64,000 nt of DNA, taken from assembly GCF_009914755.1 (NCBI RefSeq), contig NC_060935.1; one strand, given 5' to 3'. Below the pieces are notes generated by a model. It was not told the origin of the DNA. It saw only the letters and a list, made by a program, of their open reading frames with translations, and did no database searches. Numbering within the stretch: the stretch's first letter is position 1; the number at the start of each line of letters is the position of its first letter. The translations under genes were made by a program, and so were the position numbers. The DNA is from the human T2T-CHM13v2.0 reference genome, Homo sapiens. Of the stretch, positions 13,423-30,780 are shown one piece after another.

Positions 13423-14049
13423 GAGAAACTCAAGATAAACTCCCTCCTTAATGCAAGTAAAATTCAATAACAGAATCTGCACTGGAGTTATTGGAGGGGA
13501 TAGTCCAGGCAAGACACAGGATAGAATTCTAACAGAGGAAGACAGGGAGGAATACTGGTGGCAGAAGCTATAAAAATATACTTAGCTAAAATAATTGCAC
13601 TTTCTTCATTTTGTAAGATACTAGAAAGTTTTCCCCAGACTCTCTGAGATTCACAAAGAATTAGACAAATAGTTTCTTTCCCTTTTTAACCTCTTTTAAA
13701 AAGTACATATCCTTTTAAAATACCACCTGTTTGACAGAAACAGCATCTACAACCTCATCTTACACAGTGAACTGGACACAATGTCTACAAAAGTAGGTCT
13801 CTTTCCTGGTTTTGAGATTTGGGGACATAATTATTTTATAGTTCTCAAGTTGTCATGGAATTTATATAGTACAAATAAACAAATTGACAACAGCAGCAAC
13901 TGTAATTATCAGAGATTTTTTTCAGTAAAGTTTAAAATTCTCTGCATGGATGTTTAACAGATGGCAAAGAATGCATATATCATGGTATTGATTAGACTTC
14001 GGCTTACTTTTTTAATTAAAAAATATTCTTTGGGGCTTATTCTTCCTTC

Positions 14050-14052
<3 letters not shown>

Positions 14053-14099
<47 letters not shown>
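14053..14099. repeat. (CA)n microsatellite, about 23 units
   Basis: Uninterrupted AC run. Confidence 0.98.
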
Positions 14100-14102
<3 letters not shown>

Positions 14103-15088
14103 GTATTTACATCAATGGATTTTACATCTCATCTCCATAGGAGATGAGACCCTTTATTAATATCATTAGGATTTACAGTCCATCTCTCTAAAAATTTAGA
14201 CTTTAGACCTTTTATTTGCTAGCCTGATTGAAATGCAGTTTTCTTATTTAATTCACTCATGCTCTAATAGGTAAACTCAACCCCATCTTCCCCCTAACTT
14301 GATATGTATGACTATAAAAGACTAATATTGATATAGTCAGACTTTGCCTAAATTTAGAGACCCTTCTAAAAACCTGGGACTGCCTTTAATTTGTGTCAAA
14401 CAAGAAAGAGTGTGGCTGTTGTACTCAAGAGAGATGTGACCCCTAGAGAATTACAGATTCTAATATGTAACATACGACGATGCTGCAGCAAAAAAGTATA
14501 AACACATAAACTACAATCGAACAATGCATACTAGGAATGGTAGTTGTAATATATTTATGTGTGATAAAAGACCTAAAAGTCCAGATGGCTTACATTCAAG
14601 TTTTCTACATTTCTTTGAAGCACTAAACTATACCGCCCTCCTTCCTTCAGAAAAATATTGGGAATCAAATTAATTAATGGTGGGGAATGCTTAGGAAACT
14701 GTCAGGGGCAATGTGAAAAAAAGGGATAGTAACTAATGAATGACACAATTTGTCTAGTATGAATTTTTAACTCAGAGCAACAGCTAATTAAATGTGACTT
14801 TTATTTCCAATGTCAATTATATTTCAATCACTTGATTTTTAACATCTAATCATTTTAATGCTAGTTCAATCTATGTTTGGCTATTTTTTTTTTAATGACA
14901 ACTGCCAAAAAGAAAGTACAATATCAAAGCGAATGCTACCTGTTGCCTTTTAATCTCAGAAATCAAATATATTAGGATATATATCCCTGTGGAAATCTAG
15001 GTACATCCCAGATTTCTTATACCTCTATGGTGGTTCAGGGCCATAATTATGAATGCGTAAAAGAGATGCCCAATTTAAATGTAACCTG

Positions 15089-15248
15089 GGCCAAGCACAG
15101 TGGCTCATGCCTGTAGTCCCAGCTACTTGGGAGGCTGAGACAGGAAGATCCCTTAAGCCCAGCAGTTTGAAGCTTCAGTGAGCTATAATCATGCCACTAC
15201 ACTCCAGCCTGGGCAACAGAGCGAGACTGTATCATAAATAAATGTATG

Positions 15249-15278
<30 letters not shown>
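15089..15278 (+). mobile_element. FRAM-like free Alu monomer followed by (TGTA)9
   Basis: Single right-arm-type monomer flanked by taaatgtaacctg and taaa(tgta)9acctg. Confidence 0.8.
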
Positions 15279-15279
<1 letters not shown>

Positions 15280-15373
15280 CCTGACCCATCAAAGACCCTA
15301 GACGCAGTAAATACCTAAGAACCATTTATAATCTGCACAATTTAGCTGTTTGTTACCATAAAAAAGCACCTGA

Positions 15374-15720
<347 letters not shown>

Positions 15721-16601
15721 TCATAGAGGCTATTAATTTGTAAATTAAGCTCCAATAGAGCAAAACGTCTGTCCCTCTGTAACTGTCTGTTTACAGAACA
15801 CCGCTGCACATACCATCAGCTTGTCATTCATCATTACATGGCTGTATCCCACAACCTAAAGGCAGCACTGCTTTGTTAATATCAGAATTGTCTTGGACAC
15901 TACAGAAATTCTCCCATTCCTCTGCACTGTAGCTGCTGTGGTTTTCCTCACAAAAGAATGCTGACTGGAGATGGCTGCACAGTAGCTGTCCCTGACAAGT
16001 TGGATATGAAAATACAATTTAAGTACAGTGATGATGCTAAATTGGAGGAGGGGAAAGGAGGAACAAAACCAAAGCCCCTATCATTTTATGGAACACTGCT
16101 CAGACAAAACAAATTGTTTTACCTACTCCAAGCCCTAGGTACCATTTGAGATAATGTAGGAAGTCACATTTTCACAGAAACACAAGACAGAATCAGATGC
16201 TAGAAGAGGTAAATATAACAGATTATTTAACCAAATTCTATGCAGAATACATCCACTAAGAAATAGATCCATTATTTTCAAAGATGAGGATACCTTTTAA
16301 GAATCCTCAACTCTGTAAGTTTTCTTAGAAGACAGAAAAAGACAATAATATTAGAAAAATATATCGTAGCAGGCAGTATATATCATGTAGAAAATATTAT
16401 ATGATGAAATGTAATATTTGCCTTACATTTAAACAAAAGTAACACTTGTATATAACTAAACACTGGCATTTTTAATTGGGAAGTATTTTTAACAAAAGTA
16501 CATTCTTAATATCACACTCTTGATGCTTAAAATCATAATTTAAAAAATCATCTACAGTAATAGCACAGGCACATAAATTTTAAAAGATTCTAAAGCTGCT
16601 A

Positions 16602-16896
<295 letters not shown>

Positions 16897-17367
16897 AAAA
16901 GATTCTAAAGCTGCTGAATGCTACCCTCTTAGTTTCACAAAGTATTCCTAATTTCAGTAGTTAAATTTACCACCAAATATTTGTTACAATCACTTAAAGA
17001 AAAAAATGAACAATGTTATAAATTTACTTTCTGACAAGACACCCCTCGTCAAACAACAGGGAGGGTGCAAGTTCCTCACAAGTGCAGCCTGCCAAAATAA
17101 TTACTGATTAACTTCATGGAATTGGCTCTTCCAAGACATGTGATAAAGGATAATTTGCACTTCTCTGTATTTATCTGAGTTTACTTCATCAGAGACACAA
17201 GAAACCTGAACTCATCTTTCAGAATTTCAGAACACATTTGCTTTTGTTTGTTTTAAATCATTAGTACTACAAATCTTATTAAAGAGAGAGATTCAGCATT
17301 GTAGAAGAAAAGCATGAACGATCTCTTAATGAATAAAACAAATTTGGTTAAAAATTTAGCTGGGGTG

Positions 17368-18033
<666 letters not shown>

Positions 18034-18247
18034 TTAAGCCTGAAGAAAAACATTTTTCACAGGTGATGAAAATTACAAAATCTAATTACAAAATCTAATC
18101 CACAAATTTCTACACAAATATTTACAGTCTTCACACCTGAACATACACATGTATGCACCCACTAACACAAACATACACACACCCCTCTCACACTTTAGAA
18201 AGGATGGAATGGCCACAGTAAAAATCATTTATAGCATTTTCATCTTC

Positions 18248-18555
18248 TTTTTTTTTTTTTTTTTTTTTTTTTCAGACAGGATCTCACTCTGTCGCCCAGG
18301 CTGGAGTGCAGTGGCATGATCTGGGCTCACTGCAGCCTTGACTTCCTGGCCTCAAGTGATCCTCCCACCTCAGCTCCCCAAGGAGCTGGGACTACACGAA
18401 TGCACCACCACGCCCGGCTAATTTTTTGTATTTTTAGTAGAGACATGGTTTCGCCATGTTGCCTAGGCTGGTCTCAAACTCCTGGACTCAAGCGATCCAC
18501 CCGCCTCAGCCTCCCAAAGTGCTGGGATTACAGGTGTGTGCCACTGCACCTAGCC
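18248..18555 (-). mobile_element. AluJ
   Basis: TSD cattttcatcttctt at 18235-18249 and 18556-18570. Confidence 0.92.
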
Positions 18556-18708
18556 CATTTTCATCTTCTTCCAGTATACTCCTAAGTACTGAAGCTGTGA
18601 TTCATGCTTTTACTGTATTGTTCTCCAGTTTCTACATACAGCAAAAGTATTGACATGCATGGTCAAAAGAGGACACTACAATGAACATAAAGGCAGTCCC
18701 TTGATTTG

Positions 18709-19260
18709 TTTTTTTTTTTTTAAAGAAGACTTTATTTTTAGAGCAGTTTTAGGTTCAGAACAAAACTGAACAGAAAGTAGAGTTCCCACATACTCCTGGC
18801 CTCCCCACCCCACATCTCCCCACTATCAACAAGCTACACATAGCAGAACATTTGTTACAATCGAACCTACACTGACACCTCAATACTGTCGAAGTCCACA
18901 GTTTAAACTAGTGTTCACTCCTGATGCTGTACATTCCATGGATTTAGACAAACATATAATGACATACAGCCACCATTATACTATCACACAGAGTAGTTTC
19001 ACTGTCCTGAAATTCCTCTATGCCTGTCTATTCAGCACAACCTTCCCTCACCCTCTGGCAACCACTCCTCTTTTTACTGCCTCCATAGTTCTACCCTTTC
19101 CAGAATGTCATAGAGTTGGAGTCATACAGTATGCAGCCTTTCCAAATTGGTTTCTTTCACTCAGTAATAAGCATGTAAGGTTCTTCTATGTTTTTCATGG
19201 TTTGATAGTTCATTTCTTTTTAGCTCTCAATAATATTGCATTGTCTGAATGTATCACAGT
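18709..19260 (-). mobile_element. L1MC-type 3' end
   Basis: agactttatttttagagcagttttaggttc...cctttccagaatgtcatagagttggagtcatacagtatg. Flanked by agt(c/a)ccttgattt on both sides. Confidence 0.8.
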
Positions 19261-19619
19261 AGTACCTTGATTTTTTCCATATGGTCTAATGTAGTAGCTA
19301 GTGAATTCTATAACTGTTACATAAAAACGAAGTAATAATATCAGATGGATATTACTTGCCAGGTAGAACAATGAGGCTCTGAGTAATTAAGTGACTAAAC
19401 CTAGGTCACAAATCAGGGATAGAGTCAGACTTAAAGAGTTCCAACTCCTGATAACTAATTCCATATTCCCACCTCAAACCCCCAACACCAGTATCTGGCT
19501 TGCTGGTAAGGATCTGGAGCCCTCACACCTGTAATACAGCTGCAGTAAGCTTATACACACACACACACATGCACGCGTGCACTTTTTCTCCTCCGCTCTG
19601 CTTTTAGAAAAAATAAGTA

Positions 19620-19780
19620 GAGAGGCAGTATTGTGCTGTAAAAATAATACACTGGGTCGAGAAACCTAGGTTCTGTCACTAAACAAGGTTTGTGACCTTT
19701 GGTCAGTTATTTACCCAATCTTGGTCTCAGCTTCTGCACTCAATCTCTAAATTATCTTCTATTAAAATTTTATGAATCTC
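19620..19780 (+). mobile_element. MIR fragment
   Basis: gagaggcagtat...cctaggttctgtcactaa...tgtgacctttggtcagttatttac. Confidence 0.6.
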
Positions 19781-19903
19781 TGAATGGCAAGAATACATTC
19801 CTGATGTATATCTTTACCTCTATAGCACTGCACAGAGAAAAATGCTCACAAAGATGATCCTGACACACCCAAAGAAGCTAAATCATTAAAGAACAGTTTC
19901 ATT

Positions 19904-20178
19904 CAGGGGTTGAAATCTCACTCACGTGAACATGTAAACTGATGATTACATTTTGCAAGACATGTAATAGGATTATTACCTATTGCCAGGCAAGTAATAT
20001 TAATACAAGAGAATGAAGCAGGCCAGGTGTAAGATACTAGGCATGATAGGGACTGACATCAACTGGAGAGGCAGTGCCCTAATAACACTAATCAATGAAC
20101 TGCTTTTAATATTGTGAGTCAAACAAAGTATCTTTGCTGATAGATAAAGCCCATGGGCCACCAGTTTTCAACCCTCAG
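19904..20178. mobile_element. Small hAT-type non-autonomous DNA transposon
   Basis: Terminal inverted repeats caggggttgaaa ... tttcaaccctc, with subterminal gcccatgggccaccagtt. Confidence 0.55.
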
Positions 20179-20247
20179 ACGGTAATTACACTCACTGAAC
20201 TGTAACTACTAGGAAAGTGGAATTAGACATTACTTAGAAAATTTTTC

Positions 20248-20549
<302 letters not shown>

Positions 20550-21299
20550 GAAAATTTTTTGACATCACAAGGTGAACCAAAAATGATTTTAGATAACCAG
20601 AAAATTCAAATGGCCTTCTGACTAATCAAAATTTTATCATAATGGAAGAGCTGGGATGTGACTTTAGTGGGAAAATGCATAGACAAAAGGCAAGTTATAT
20701 GAATGAGTTCTGAGAATATGCTAAGATAAAATATCTGAAGACACAGGGAAACACACAACTATATACAAAATATAACAGTGGAAATGAAAATGGTAGTAAT
20801 ACGTTTCATAATGGTGCCTACTTTATCAAAACAGCTTAAAGTACCTTACATATAATTTAACCCCTGTCACATAAGACTGACACAAGGATAAACTGAAATC
20901 CGTTCCTCTACCACTGAACCGCAGCTACCTCAAGTGGTGGAGAAAGCAGTTGTTTAAAGAGCTGTAGAGTAGAGGTCAGAAAACTGAAAACTACCTTGCT
21001 GAAGCTATCTAGGGAATTACAGTAAGCAAAATGTAATAATCTCACTTGGAATCCAACCAGAACACTGAAACTAACATCTTTTACATTTAACTGGTTCTCA
21101 TTTCTGAGTACTCTGATTTTTCAAAATCATTTAATTTACATGATTAAGAAAAAACAATTCATGTTATAAACATACGACTATTTAATAATTTTTCAAGAAT
21201 CTTACTTTCTGAGTAGACCCTAAATGAAAAATGATGGTACTATTTTCCACAAATATTTCCCTAATGATGTGATTTTTCTGTGTGCTTGTGTGTATAAGT

Positions 21300-21510
21300 A
21301 ATCACATATTTACACAGCACTTTACGATTGTAAATTTTGAAACCCTCTTATCAAATAAGACTCTCAGAACTGTGCAGGGCTAATTATGTTAACTGTCATT
21401 GATTCAGATGGGGAGAGTGAGGCACATGGTGATGGGTGACCAATCAAAAGTTACACAGTTCTGTGATAGTAAAACTGGGACTAGAATATGGAATCCCTGC
21501 CCTCTGGAAA
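21300..21510 (-). mobile_element. MIR
   Basis: cagatggggagagtgaggcaca...aagttacacagtt...ctgggactagaa. Confidence 0.6.
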
Positions 21511-23940
21511 ACTAGTTTGAATGAAGCTCTGTTCACTAACAAAAAGCTGGAGCTCATTTTTCTGAGCCAACTTTTCTGGGGCTCACAGGAGGTTGGGTGG
21601 CATCCAAGCAGACTGACTGAATGCAGAGTACACTAGTATGGGGAGCTGGGCCAACAGGGAGAGATGTCCCTTTCTGGTCATATTCTCTAGATACAGTCAA
21701 CTGCCAGGAAACAGAGTCAGGCTGTTGAGATCCAAGGAAGTAGAGTAACCTACACAATAAATTGAAAGGGCCAAGCAGGAGAGGAGCCAGTGGATGCAGT
21801 GATGCTGGGAAACGGGACGGTCAGAGATGAGGCTCGGGCAGCTGGCGAGATAGCTCTGGAGCCTGTTACACCGACAGTGCCTATCTGAGATGAATTTCCT
21901 AGAAACTGCTCTAAGTACTTGGAAAGGCTGGGAACGTTCCTAAAGGGACTGGGCAGGGCTAGATAACTTGCTTCAAAGTGCCAGGGAGACTGTACTTCTG
22001 TCATCCAAGACAGTCTCTTTGGCAGGGCAGCTGAGCAGGGATAAATGCTGGAGCCAACCCAACAAGAATGATATACTTCCTCGTCTACATAGTATGATGG
22101 ACAATTTTAAGATTCTGTTGCTAACCTTACAGCCTCAAGCCAAAAACTTCAATTCTGGAATAATGACTTCAATTTTAAAAATGGAATGGACACTGGCAAC
22201 ATTTAGACTGGGTAAAGTGTTGGGCTCTGGTGGGTTTTTAAAGTAAATCATAGCAAACTTTACTTACCATCCACTAAAGCTGGATTTAAAAATTTGATTC
22301 ACTAACAGATTTATCTTACTGCCATAAAAATTATGTAGCTATTTGTCTTTTGAAATAGAGCTCAGATAATCAAAACCCATATGCAAAGGGGCTGCGGAAA
22401 TACCATTACAAACCACACAGAGAGGTTTTAAAACCAGCCTCCCTGCTTTCAGAGCTGCTACTAGGAATCCTGGCTGCCCCTCCTCCACGTATCAGGCAAG
22501 ACCAGGGCTCAGTCAGTAAGACTGCTGTGTAAGTGACGCAGCCATCACTTCTGCTTAGTCTCCACAGGCCTAATGTATGTGATGCTGAATTTACTTATCT
22601 CAGTAGGCAGCACAGCCTCACCAAGAGTGGTTATGTTTTAGGCTTTGTAAGAACAAGATGTCAGGGGTTTTGCTGTTGCATCATTCTGCAACACCTTATT
22701 TCAACTCTGTGCTGAGCTGGCAAAAGCTCTAAATCAACCCAGCTCTGCAACCCAGCTCGCTTAGCTTACCCTTCAGATGTTCCAGTAGTAGGACGACTTT
22801 GCAATATTCACTGGCAACGTGACACACTAGTAACAGTTTGTCTAGTCATCACACGCTTTGAATGTCTCCCTGGTATTTCTCTGTCCTTGTCCCTCTGTGC
22901 TGCATTTTCCTTACTAAATATTTCTGATAATATTTTCAACCAAAGGACGTAAGAATCTAACTCCATCTTGAGCCCACAGAAATGTGTATAATCTCTGTGC
23001 TATATGCAGACCTGGGAGAAAGACCTAATTGTCAGACTGTACCTAAGCGTCCTAGAGTCTACTCTGCTTAGATGTTGAGAATGAGAAGAGACAATTATTT
23101 CCATCCCCTTTATAAGAATACAGCTGATTTCAGGTTGGCTGCTAAGGCAAGTGTGATAGGCTTGCTTGGAGAAAGCATGGATATTTGTTGTCTGATGGGA
23201 TACAGTGGAACGAACCCACTCATCAGCAGGCTATCCACTTTTGCCACTAATCATAGGGGAGAAAGCACTTTTAGGAAAAGAAAATGGAACAAATTCAGTG
23301 GAAAAGAAGTGACACAAAAGTGCAATGTTTAACAAGCAGCTGCTCTTGGTGGCTGAAGGTGCTCCTGTCCTAACAGAGACTCCCCTAACAGGAAGGAATC
23401 ATTCTTACACAGGGGTGCATACCTATACTTCACAGCATGTTTGTGTGACAGTTATACTGTCATAATTTTAGATGGTTAAACCTCTACTCCCGGGTTTATA
23501 AAAGATCAGAGCACTTGTCACTCTTGGTGCAGGTAGAGTGAGATAGAGTGGTTGAGCAGTTCATTTTTCTTTATAATTACACTCCATTAACCTTCCACAT
23601 GAGAGCTCCCCTGTGCTTTCATACCAGCAGCACCAACTGGCTGCATTTGATAAGGCTCTACAGAGTCTGCAAGACCAGCACATGTAACAAAAGGAAGACT
23701 TTAATACTGCAGACTTAAGCAGAAGCTGAACGCAGCTCTGTTACTTATTGGCACACATATTCAGCTCAATTATACATGTGTAGACAAAAACAAACCAAAA
23801 ACATAAAGCTGGAAACCAGTAAACAAATGATGGGAGCTTATTTAAATCAAAAGTGATTCAAAAACCTTCTGGTAATCTTCATAATATTCAAACCCCAAAT
23901 TCATTATTATTTTCAGTATATGGCTTTTTTTAAAAAAATA

Positions 23941-24223
<283 letters not shown>

Positions 24224-26423
24224 ATTATTGTTTTTCTAACCTTTGATAATGTGGCATCCTATTAAAAACATAGGATCTAGTACTCAAGGTAGTAAAGCTT
24301 ACAGGTTGACACATTATAGAGTGATCTATATTACAATTAGATCACATTGGTGTCTACAAGCTACATGTGGTATTTACTTGCTAAAGCATTTCTCTTTATG
24401 TATTGCTCAGTAACTCACTTAAAAAATATGCTGGTTAAGAACTAGCACTAAGTCTGTCCCTATCATCCTTGACAGTGGCCACATAAATGATTTCCCTTTT
24501 TGAGAGACAGAGAGAGAGAGAGAAACGTATTCCATTAATAATGCATTCTCCTGGAGTTTTTAATGCAGTGCCAGGAATGCTACTCTCCATATGCACAAAG
24601 GTAGATTAGTGCTTTTTCTACCCTGAGCAAAGGCTAGGTGTACATGCTTGAGCAGATAAAATGAAAGGCAATTTTGAAAGTAGGTGTTGGCACAATTAAT
24701 CTTGAATAGGATCCCAATTATTTGGGAAACAAAAGGTAGCTATATTTATAACTCTGCCTTAACTAATGGCATAACAGCCTTCACAGCAACTCAGAATAAA
24801 GTTTCCATCATAGCAGTTTGTGTTTCTGAGTATATCCCTAACCACAGTAACCTAAAAAAGGTCAATAGTTATCCTAACAATACTGCTGACTACTAACTTA
24901 CTTTCTTTGGGCACAAATGTATCCATTGTAAATGTTAGTCTATGGTACAGTGAATGTGATAATCACAAAATTAAAGTATAGGAACTCAAGTGGTACACCA
25001 ATTTATTCACCAAATGCCATATTTAAAACACTTTTCTAGAGATATAAAACTATCACAAAATCTTGGTTTTGAAAATTAATAAGATGCTTAGTATTTCTGA
25101 AAGTGTTTGGCGGAGAAATGTTTGTTTACATTTACATTTTGAAGATGGATGATTAGATCTAGGAATTCTACTACACTCTTCCTTTTTCCTATGCTTGATG
25201 TATGAAACAGAGGGATTTTTTTCCATGAATGTTTTTCCTTTGCTTAATACCATTACAAACTTACATTGCTGTATGTTTTTATGACACTTATCACTAGTGT
25301 ATCCTTTTTAAAAATGCTTTTCTTAACCCAAATATCAGAAGTGTACTTGCAAATAACAGGACTATACTTCTTAAAATCCAAATATAAAGGACATCATTTT
25401 ACTATTTTCTTGCTGCACGTTACATACTAGAGGATTCAGCAAAATGATACAGTTGAATAACTGTATGCCAAAAGATGAAGCCAGCCCATGCCTACGTGAA
25501 ACAGCTCCTGAAAATGCTGGTTTCTCAATGTCTAGATCCAGTGACAATCAGATTTCTCCTCTGCCTAATAACATTTTTCATTTCCCAATGAATAGAATTT
25601 CTTTCACTAAATGCTTGTTTTGCAGCCTTAAAAGTGGCAGACAAATTAAAATTCCACTCTCTATAACCACGTTAAGAATCAGACAAAAGCCAATCTACCT
25701 GTTCAGGATCTGTTGTTCTGACTCATTGTTGGGCCATCTGTTTATGTGTGCTGCTTGTCTCACGGTGCAAATCAACCTGCTGCTGGGCAGACCTGCCTCA
25801 TGCTGCAAACTCATTCTGCAATTTCAACCTCCCTCACCAGCAATAGGTCCTCTTATCAGAACCTAAAACTACCACTTCAATCAACTCGAGTCAGACCTTA
25901 TTCTACTGCTCTTGTATAAAAAAGTGATACACCACAGGCCCATGTGCAAACAGGTCACCTCTGAACACTGGGCTCGTAAGGAGGATGGCAGCACAGTTTT
26001 GCTCCTATCAAAACATTTCAGTACCATCAGTAGCAATCAGCCTGCTACCCAGGAATATACATGTACCACTGTGGAGAGAGGCTAAAAAGATTACTGAATC
26101 CCAGAGGACAAGAATATGAACTACAAATACAAACCATTCTAGTCGTCTTTGTTTTAAAGATTGGTAACTTACTCACAGCTAGGTTTCCATCTGTGTTATT
26201 AGCACACAAATTTAAAGCAGTTTAGAAAAGGTTCTCAGAACATCCTTTGAGTCATCCACAAATATCAATTTGCCTGCTGCTTTGCAAGCACTGTGCTAAT
26301 CACTCTCTCATCTTAGATGTGAAAGGATGTTAGGGCCATGGATAGAGTGGTAGGCAGTATAAGGTTTGAAGACAATATTAAATGAATATGCCTACTGAGT
26401 ATATAGTATTGTAACAGATGTAG

Positions 26424-27166
<743 letters not shown>

Positions 27167-28634
27167 TAGAAAATTTAAAAACTATGTAAACAGAGAAGAG
27201 AGCAGTAAATAGAGAAAACAGGACCACAAACAGAGGTCAAGATCAAACCTGGGAGAGTATATATTTTGTGCAATGCTAACTCAAGGAAACTTTTTTGAGA
27301 TTAAAAATAAAACTTGGTCTATCAATAATAATTAAAAATTATTACTTTGCAGAAATGGAGTAAGGCAAGTTTCCCTGCTAGTGGTTGATTATAGGTCTCT
27401 AAACAGATAAACTAATATGTACCCAGTGAAATAGCACATAGTATATACTTCCACCAGGTTCTATTCTTTACATTTAGAAGACTGTTCCTTGAGACTAGAA
27501 AGTAGAATTATTCTACCTTGTTTCTAACAAATGTACTTCAAAATGCAAGCTTATTTTGAGAAGGGAAATTTAAAAATATATCTATAGAGGACAAAAAATG
27601 TATAATTTAGGAGGAGCTGAATATTTAATGGATTAGTGGGTTAGAAGAGGAAGAACAATGTCAATAACATGCAGAAATACATCTAAAAACACAGATTTGA
27701 AAGGACCAAATATTATGTTACTTATTTAGTGATGACAAAGCACAGAGATGATAAGGGACTGATACCTACATGAGAATTTATGTATCCCAGTGGGTGAGAA
27801 ATTCATCATGTTTCATTTTGTTCAAGCACCTACTGCCTCCAGTATATAGAAACATCGTAACTTTTCTCTTGAGGATGAGGCATAGCAGTGGTGAACAGGA
27901 AGGCTTGTCTTATCCTCTGTGCTAAGAGAAAGTCGCAATATTCTGCAAGGCTGCAACATGACATTTACTAAACAACCAGCAACATCTCTAGTCTTTTTAA
28001 ACAACATTGATAAGTAAAAATAATGATCTAGGGGAGATTCTAATTTTTCGATTGACTAGAGAGCTGAGGACAGTACATTAGCCCTTTTAACTGCTTGATA
28101 GGTGTAAGCAAAATAAGACAACACAATAGTACCAGTCAAATTGTTAGTGAAGGCAGCAAACTATAGAGAAGAAACCAACATATTTAGCACGAAGAAACTG
28201 CTACACTATTTCCCTCACTATGCTATGCAAACAAATTATTCACTTCTACACTATATGCCAAGGAATACAGTGTTATTTAGAAAATATATTCTCTCACCTC
28301 TAGCTGTAACAGAAGCTAAGCACTACTTCTTCATACTCTACTGAGAGTTGCAGGATCTCTCTCATCAAGATATGATAGTACTCATAGCACTTCTGAATTC
28401 ACTGCTGAAAATGACCATTAGCTGCGATATGGGACTAAAGACAAGTACACAATTACCAGAAACTAGGTAACAGTCAAATGGTGAATAATTTTAAACAGCT
28501 TTAAAGACTCTATAACGTTTTTCTTTTGAAAAGTTGTAAAGACACTTAAAATTGACCAATGATCTGTCAAATTCAATTGTCTAATGATTTTAATCCAACC
28601 CCTCTGAAACATTCCTATTAAGATATAAATTTAT

Positions 28635-28976
<342 letters not shown>

Positions 28977-30629
28977 TCACGTTCAGAGGTCACTGTGTCA
29001 TCTTCTATATTCAAAACCTATGTTAAAATAAGAATGTGACACTCTAAACTCTAAGTAATGCTACAGCAATAGCTCAACATATCTTAACCATAAAATCAGA
29101 CATTTTGCTAACACAACTGAAATAATTCACTGGAACTTACTAACATAGCTGCTTCAGAAGCAGAAACATCACAGAAGTCTAAGAAGAAAAACTTAAAGCC
29201 ATGTATGGTTCTGGTAGAGAATCTGAAGGGAATGTGGAAACTGAAAAACCATCAAGGTTAAGTCAAAGGTTCTGTGACCACCAGGGGGGCTGGAAATGGG
29301 GCTCTAAGATGTTCTGTCACCAGGTCCATTGACAGCACACTAGATATCACTGTTATCAACAAATTTCTATTCCGATAAAGTATTGCCATGTACTTAGCCA
29401 ATGCACCTGTAGATTCTAATGAGATAAGCCCACATTGATATAACCTAGGAAATAAATAACAAGACTAACAATAGAAGCTCCAGTTGGTGTCTCCGTCACA
29501 TGCACCACAGCATCAACAGACCACCTAATAACATAGGGAGGAAAACAAAAACACTGCTAGCTAACACTGAATTTTTGTATAAGAAAAGAACAGGAAAAGG
29601 ATTAACTACATTCTTTTCCCCCATGCTTACATTTTTAAAATTCCATTAGTATCTTGCCAGATTTTCAAGAGAAAGGCTGTGTGCATCAGAGTTAACTGGT
29701 ATGATAGGCCATGGGAGAATAAAACCAATAAGAAACCTTTCTGTTCTGCACTTCACAGGGCTGTCACTCGTACTAGAAAAACGTCACTTTGAAGCCCTGT
29801 TTGCATTCCATTTTTAACTAGAGGGAAGAGGATGGAGGTCTTTGGTTTCTATGACAACCCAGATGGGCCATAATACAAGATACTTACAAATGTTCAATTG
29901 CAGGGATGCCAAATCAAATTAAGGCAGAGTTAGCACTACTTCATAAAAACTAGATGGGGAGAAAACAAAATACTTATGGCAAGACGATGCCATTTCTAGA
30001 AGTGGTTCGGAAGGATTTCATGAGAAAATATAAAGAAAAGAGTGACTATTTTTAGTGAAAACAAAACAGTAAAACTAATATATAAAAATAAAGCTCCAAT
30101 TTACATAAGTAAATGCTTTCATTAAAATTTAGACTACTGAAAAATTACTACTTCACTTAATGTTTTTAAACACTCCCTTACAAATAACATGATATTCATT
30201 AGTGATTTACATCATTATAATCTGGCACACTGGGCTAGGTTTTAATGGTGGGTTGAGCTCCTTTGGGCAACTTTTTCTTTTGCTCCATCCTCACCATTTG
30301 TTACTATATTTGGCCTTCATAACTAGAATGCATAGTCCTCAAAATATTTGTGGAATGGCTAATGCTTCAGAAATAAACTAATTTGTAACTTTACTACAAT
30401 TTGTAAAATTTATTAACTTTCCAATAATAACCTACCATATCTCTTTCCATTTATAAATGATGATTTATTTGAGAACCACCCTCAGCAAATACTTCTGGGC
30501 TTTTGAAAGCACTATTTGGGGGAAAAAAAAAGGAATTCACACATGGCCTTTTTCATTTAAGGGCAGAAAGTGCTGTATATTCAAACTTCATAAGGGAACT
30601 TATTTACGTCACAGATATTACCATTAGAT

Positions 30630-30780
30630 AAAGGGGATGTCATATACACCTTTAAGGGATATAATGAAGAACTTTGGACTCTGTCCCCGTAAAATGTCCT
30701 ATGTGTGCAAACATATAAAACAATTTTGCACACATTTCAGGGAATTTAGAGGCACCCCCTCAAACCCCTCCACAGAACTA
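30630..30780. mobile_element. Old hAT-Charlie-type fragment (MER103-like)
   Basis: ggactctgtccccgtaaaatg...aattttgcacacatttcaggg...ccccctcaaacccctcca. Confidence 0.45.

Noticed and set aside
18071-18099. 13-bp tandem duplication aattacaaaatct
   Set aside because: Ordinary slippage duplication.
25444-25866. 140-aa plus-strand ORF in unique sequence
   Set aside because: No recognisable domain, splice context or promoter; compatible with chance.
29278-29291. CTCF-like CCACCAGGGGGGCT
   Set aside because: G replaces the strongly conserved C after the G run; weaker than the listed sites.
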